Assembly (NCBI GenBank): GCA_947500825.1
Contig: CANMTR010000013.1
Span: 5,889 to 69,888, forward strand
Length of the DNA stretch: 64,000 nt
From: an uncultured Rhodobacteraceae bacterium
Lineage (GTDB): Bacteria > Pseudomonadota > Alphaproteobacteria > Rhodobacterales > Rhodobacteraceae
Direction: 5' to 3'
Below are positions 63,013-64,000 of the stretch, piece after piece. How positions within the stretch are numbered: the first letter of the stretch is position 1; every line of letters begins with the position of its first letter. The position numbers and the translations under genes are program-made. Below the pieces are notes generated by a model that saw only the letters and a list, made by a program, of their open reading frames with translations, did not search any database and was not told the DNA's origin.

Positions 63013-63438
63013 CTACTGGATGGTGACGGAGACGCGCTGGCTATCGCCCCGCGCGCCGGGGATGCGGATCTCGTACTGCCCCGGCACGATGGCCAGGAAC
63101 TCGATCTCCATGGTGCCCTGCTGGTCGAACTCCACCGATTCCAGGCCGAAGGGACGTACTTCCAGCCCGTTGATGACGACCTCGTTCACCCAGATCGCGC
63201 GGAAGAAGCCCGGGCCTTCCAGCGCCAGCTCGCCGGTGCCGTCGGCGGTGATCTCCAGCTCGTAGACCTTGCCCGATTCGAGCGTGATCGGCCCCTCGGC
63301 GATGGGCTGGCCCACGGACAGGGTCAGTCCCGGCATCTCGCCCGTGTTGTCGGCCGACAGGATGCCGGCGAAGCCGTAGTCGTGCGCCGCCACCGGGCCG
63401 GCGGCCAGCGCCGCCATCAGGGTCAGGATCCGTCTCAA
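63013..63438 (-). CDS. Secreted small beta-sandwich (cupredoxin-like) protein without obvious Cu ligands
   Basis: TTG start in a TTGA overlap with the upstream stop. Signal-like (M)RRILTLMAALAAGPVAA. The C-terminus PGQYEIRIPGARGDSQRVSVTIQ resembles the last cupredoxin strands but has no Cys/His/Met triad. Confidence 0.55.
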   Translation of the reverse strand: MRRILTLMAALAAGPVAAHDYGFAGILSADNTGEMPGLTLSVGQPIAEGPITLESGKVYELEITADGTGELALEGPGFFRAIWVNEVVINGLEVRPFGLESVEFDQQGTMEIEFLAIVPGQYEIRIPGARGDSQRVSVTIQ

Positions 63439-64000
63439 GTCGCGTCCTCCGTGTCGCCATCCATGTCGGGTTGAACCACGACGCCCCAGGGCTGCTGGCC
63501 CACCTCGATCGAGCGGATCGCCTCTTCGGCCTCCACGTCGATCACGGTGACGTCGTTCGAGTTGCCGTTCGTGGTGATGAGGTACTGCTCGTCGGGCGTG
63601 AAGGCGAGCTGCCAGACCCGCTGGCCGACGATGATGTAGTCGAGCACCTCCAGCGTCTCGCCGTCCACCACCGCCACCCGGTTCGCCGGACCCAGCGCCA
63701 CGAAGACGCGGCTGCCGTCGGCCGTCACCTTCACCCCCACGGGCTGGAGCCACTCGGGCAGCACCCCGGGCACCTCGAAGGTGATCTTGTCCACCAGCGT
63801 CGGCGTGCCGTCCTCGGCGATGTCCATCACGCTGACCGTTCCCCCGATCTCGGACGAGACGTAGAGGCGGGTGCCGTCCTCGGTGTACTGGGCGTAGCGG
63901 GGACGCTGGTCGACCAGGACGTTGTTCTCGATCTCGTAGGTCTCGGTGGAGATGAAATGCGCCATGTTCGTGGTTTCTGACGTATTGACCACGTAGGCGC
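63435..64000 (-). CDS. YVTN-family beta-propeller repeat protein, C-terminal part (gene continues past window end)
   Basis: Repeated blades: DGTRLYVSSEIGGTVSVMD, DGSRVFVALGPANRVAVVD, DEQYLITTNGNSNDVTVID. Confidence 0.75.
   Translation of the reverse strand, partial: AYVVNTSETTNMAHFISTETYEIENNVLVDQRPRYAQYTEDGTRLYVSSEIGGTVSVMDIAEDGTPTLVDKITFEVPGVLPEWLQPVGVKVTADGSRVFVALGPANRVAVVDGETLEVLDYIIVGQRVWQLAFTPDEQYLITTNGNSNDVTVIDVEAEEAIRSIEVGQQPWGVVVQPDMDGDTEDAT

Noticed and set aside
1-64000. Window-wide look for dedicated anti-phage defence systems, prophage genes, integrases, tRNA/rRNA genes, retron-like or CRISPR structures
   Set aside because: I could recognise none from the translations or sequence. 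The only toxin-type module is vapBC, and the only mobile DNA is IS material.

Overview
High-GC alphaproteobacterial (Rhodobacteraceae-like) chromosomal window, almost fully coding, with many ATGA/TTGA-coupled operons. No tRNA, rRNA, CRISPR array or prophage was seen.

Gene content from left to right:
- Two tandem T1SS-type ABC exporter genes. One has a fully degenerate ATP site.
- An IS-littered accessory stretch (about 2.4-15.3 kb):
  - an ethanolamine module (TetR, eutB, eutC, frameshifted eat) bracketed by IS6-family sequences
  - a decayed IS5 copy interrupted by an IS6 copy
  - a 2TM/RCK K+ channel
  - a gtrB-gtrA-GT-C glycosylation module flanked by three transposase wrecks
- A PepSY membrane protein, divergent from a cobalamin-riboswitch-controlled BtuFCD-like importer.
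- galE, proXWV, a CE4-type hydrolase with a BCCT transporter, gph-rpe, a CoA-transferase with a GST, a TRAP transporter, vapBC, ggt and a thioesterase.
- A cNMP/CBS/DUF294 nucleotidyltransferase paired with a membrane-anchored DEDDh exonuclease.
- A cyanophycin locus (iaaA divergent from cphB-cphA), continued on the same strand by an uncharacterised ATP-grasp ligase and a CocE/NonD hydrolase.
- A small WGR protein, gamma-glutamyl-polyamine catabolism genes with potFGHI, and a 27-bp tandem repeat array.
- The DUF1111 / imelysin / DUF1513 / imelysin iron-associated cluster.
- A YVTN beta-propeller gene with a cupredoxin-like gene at the right edge.

Most interesting candidates:
- the extended cyanophycin operon
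- the degenerate ABC pair
- the DUF294-exonuclease pair
- the IS-bracketed modules
- the 27-bp repeat array

All calls rest on manual reading of the supplied translations and sequence. No database search was run.
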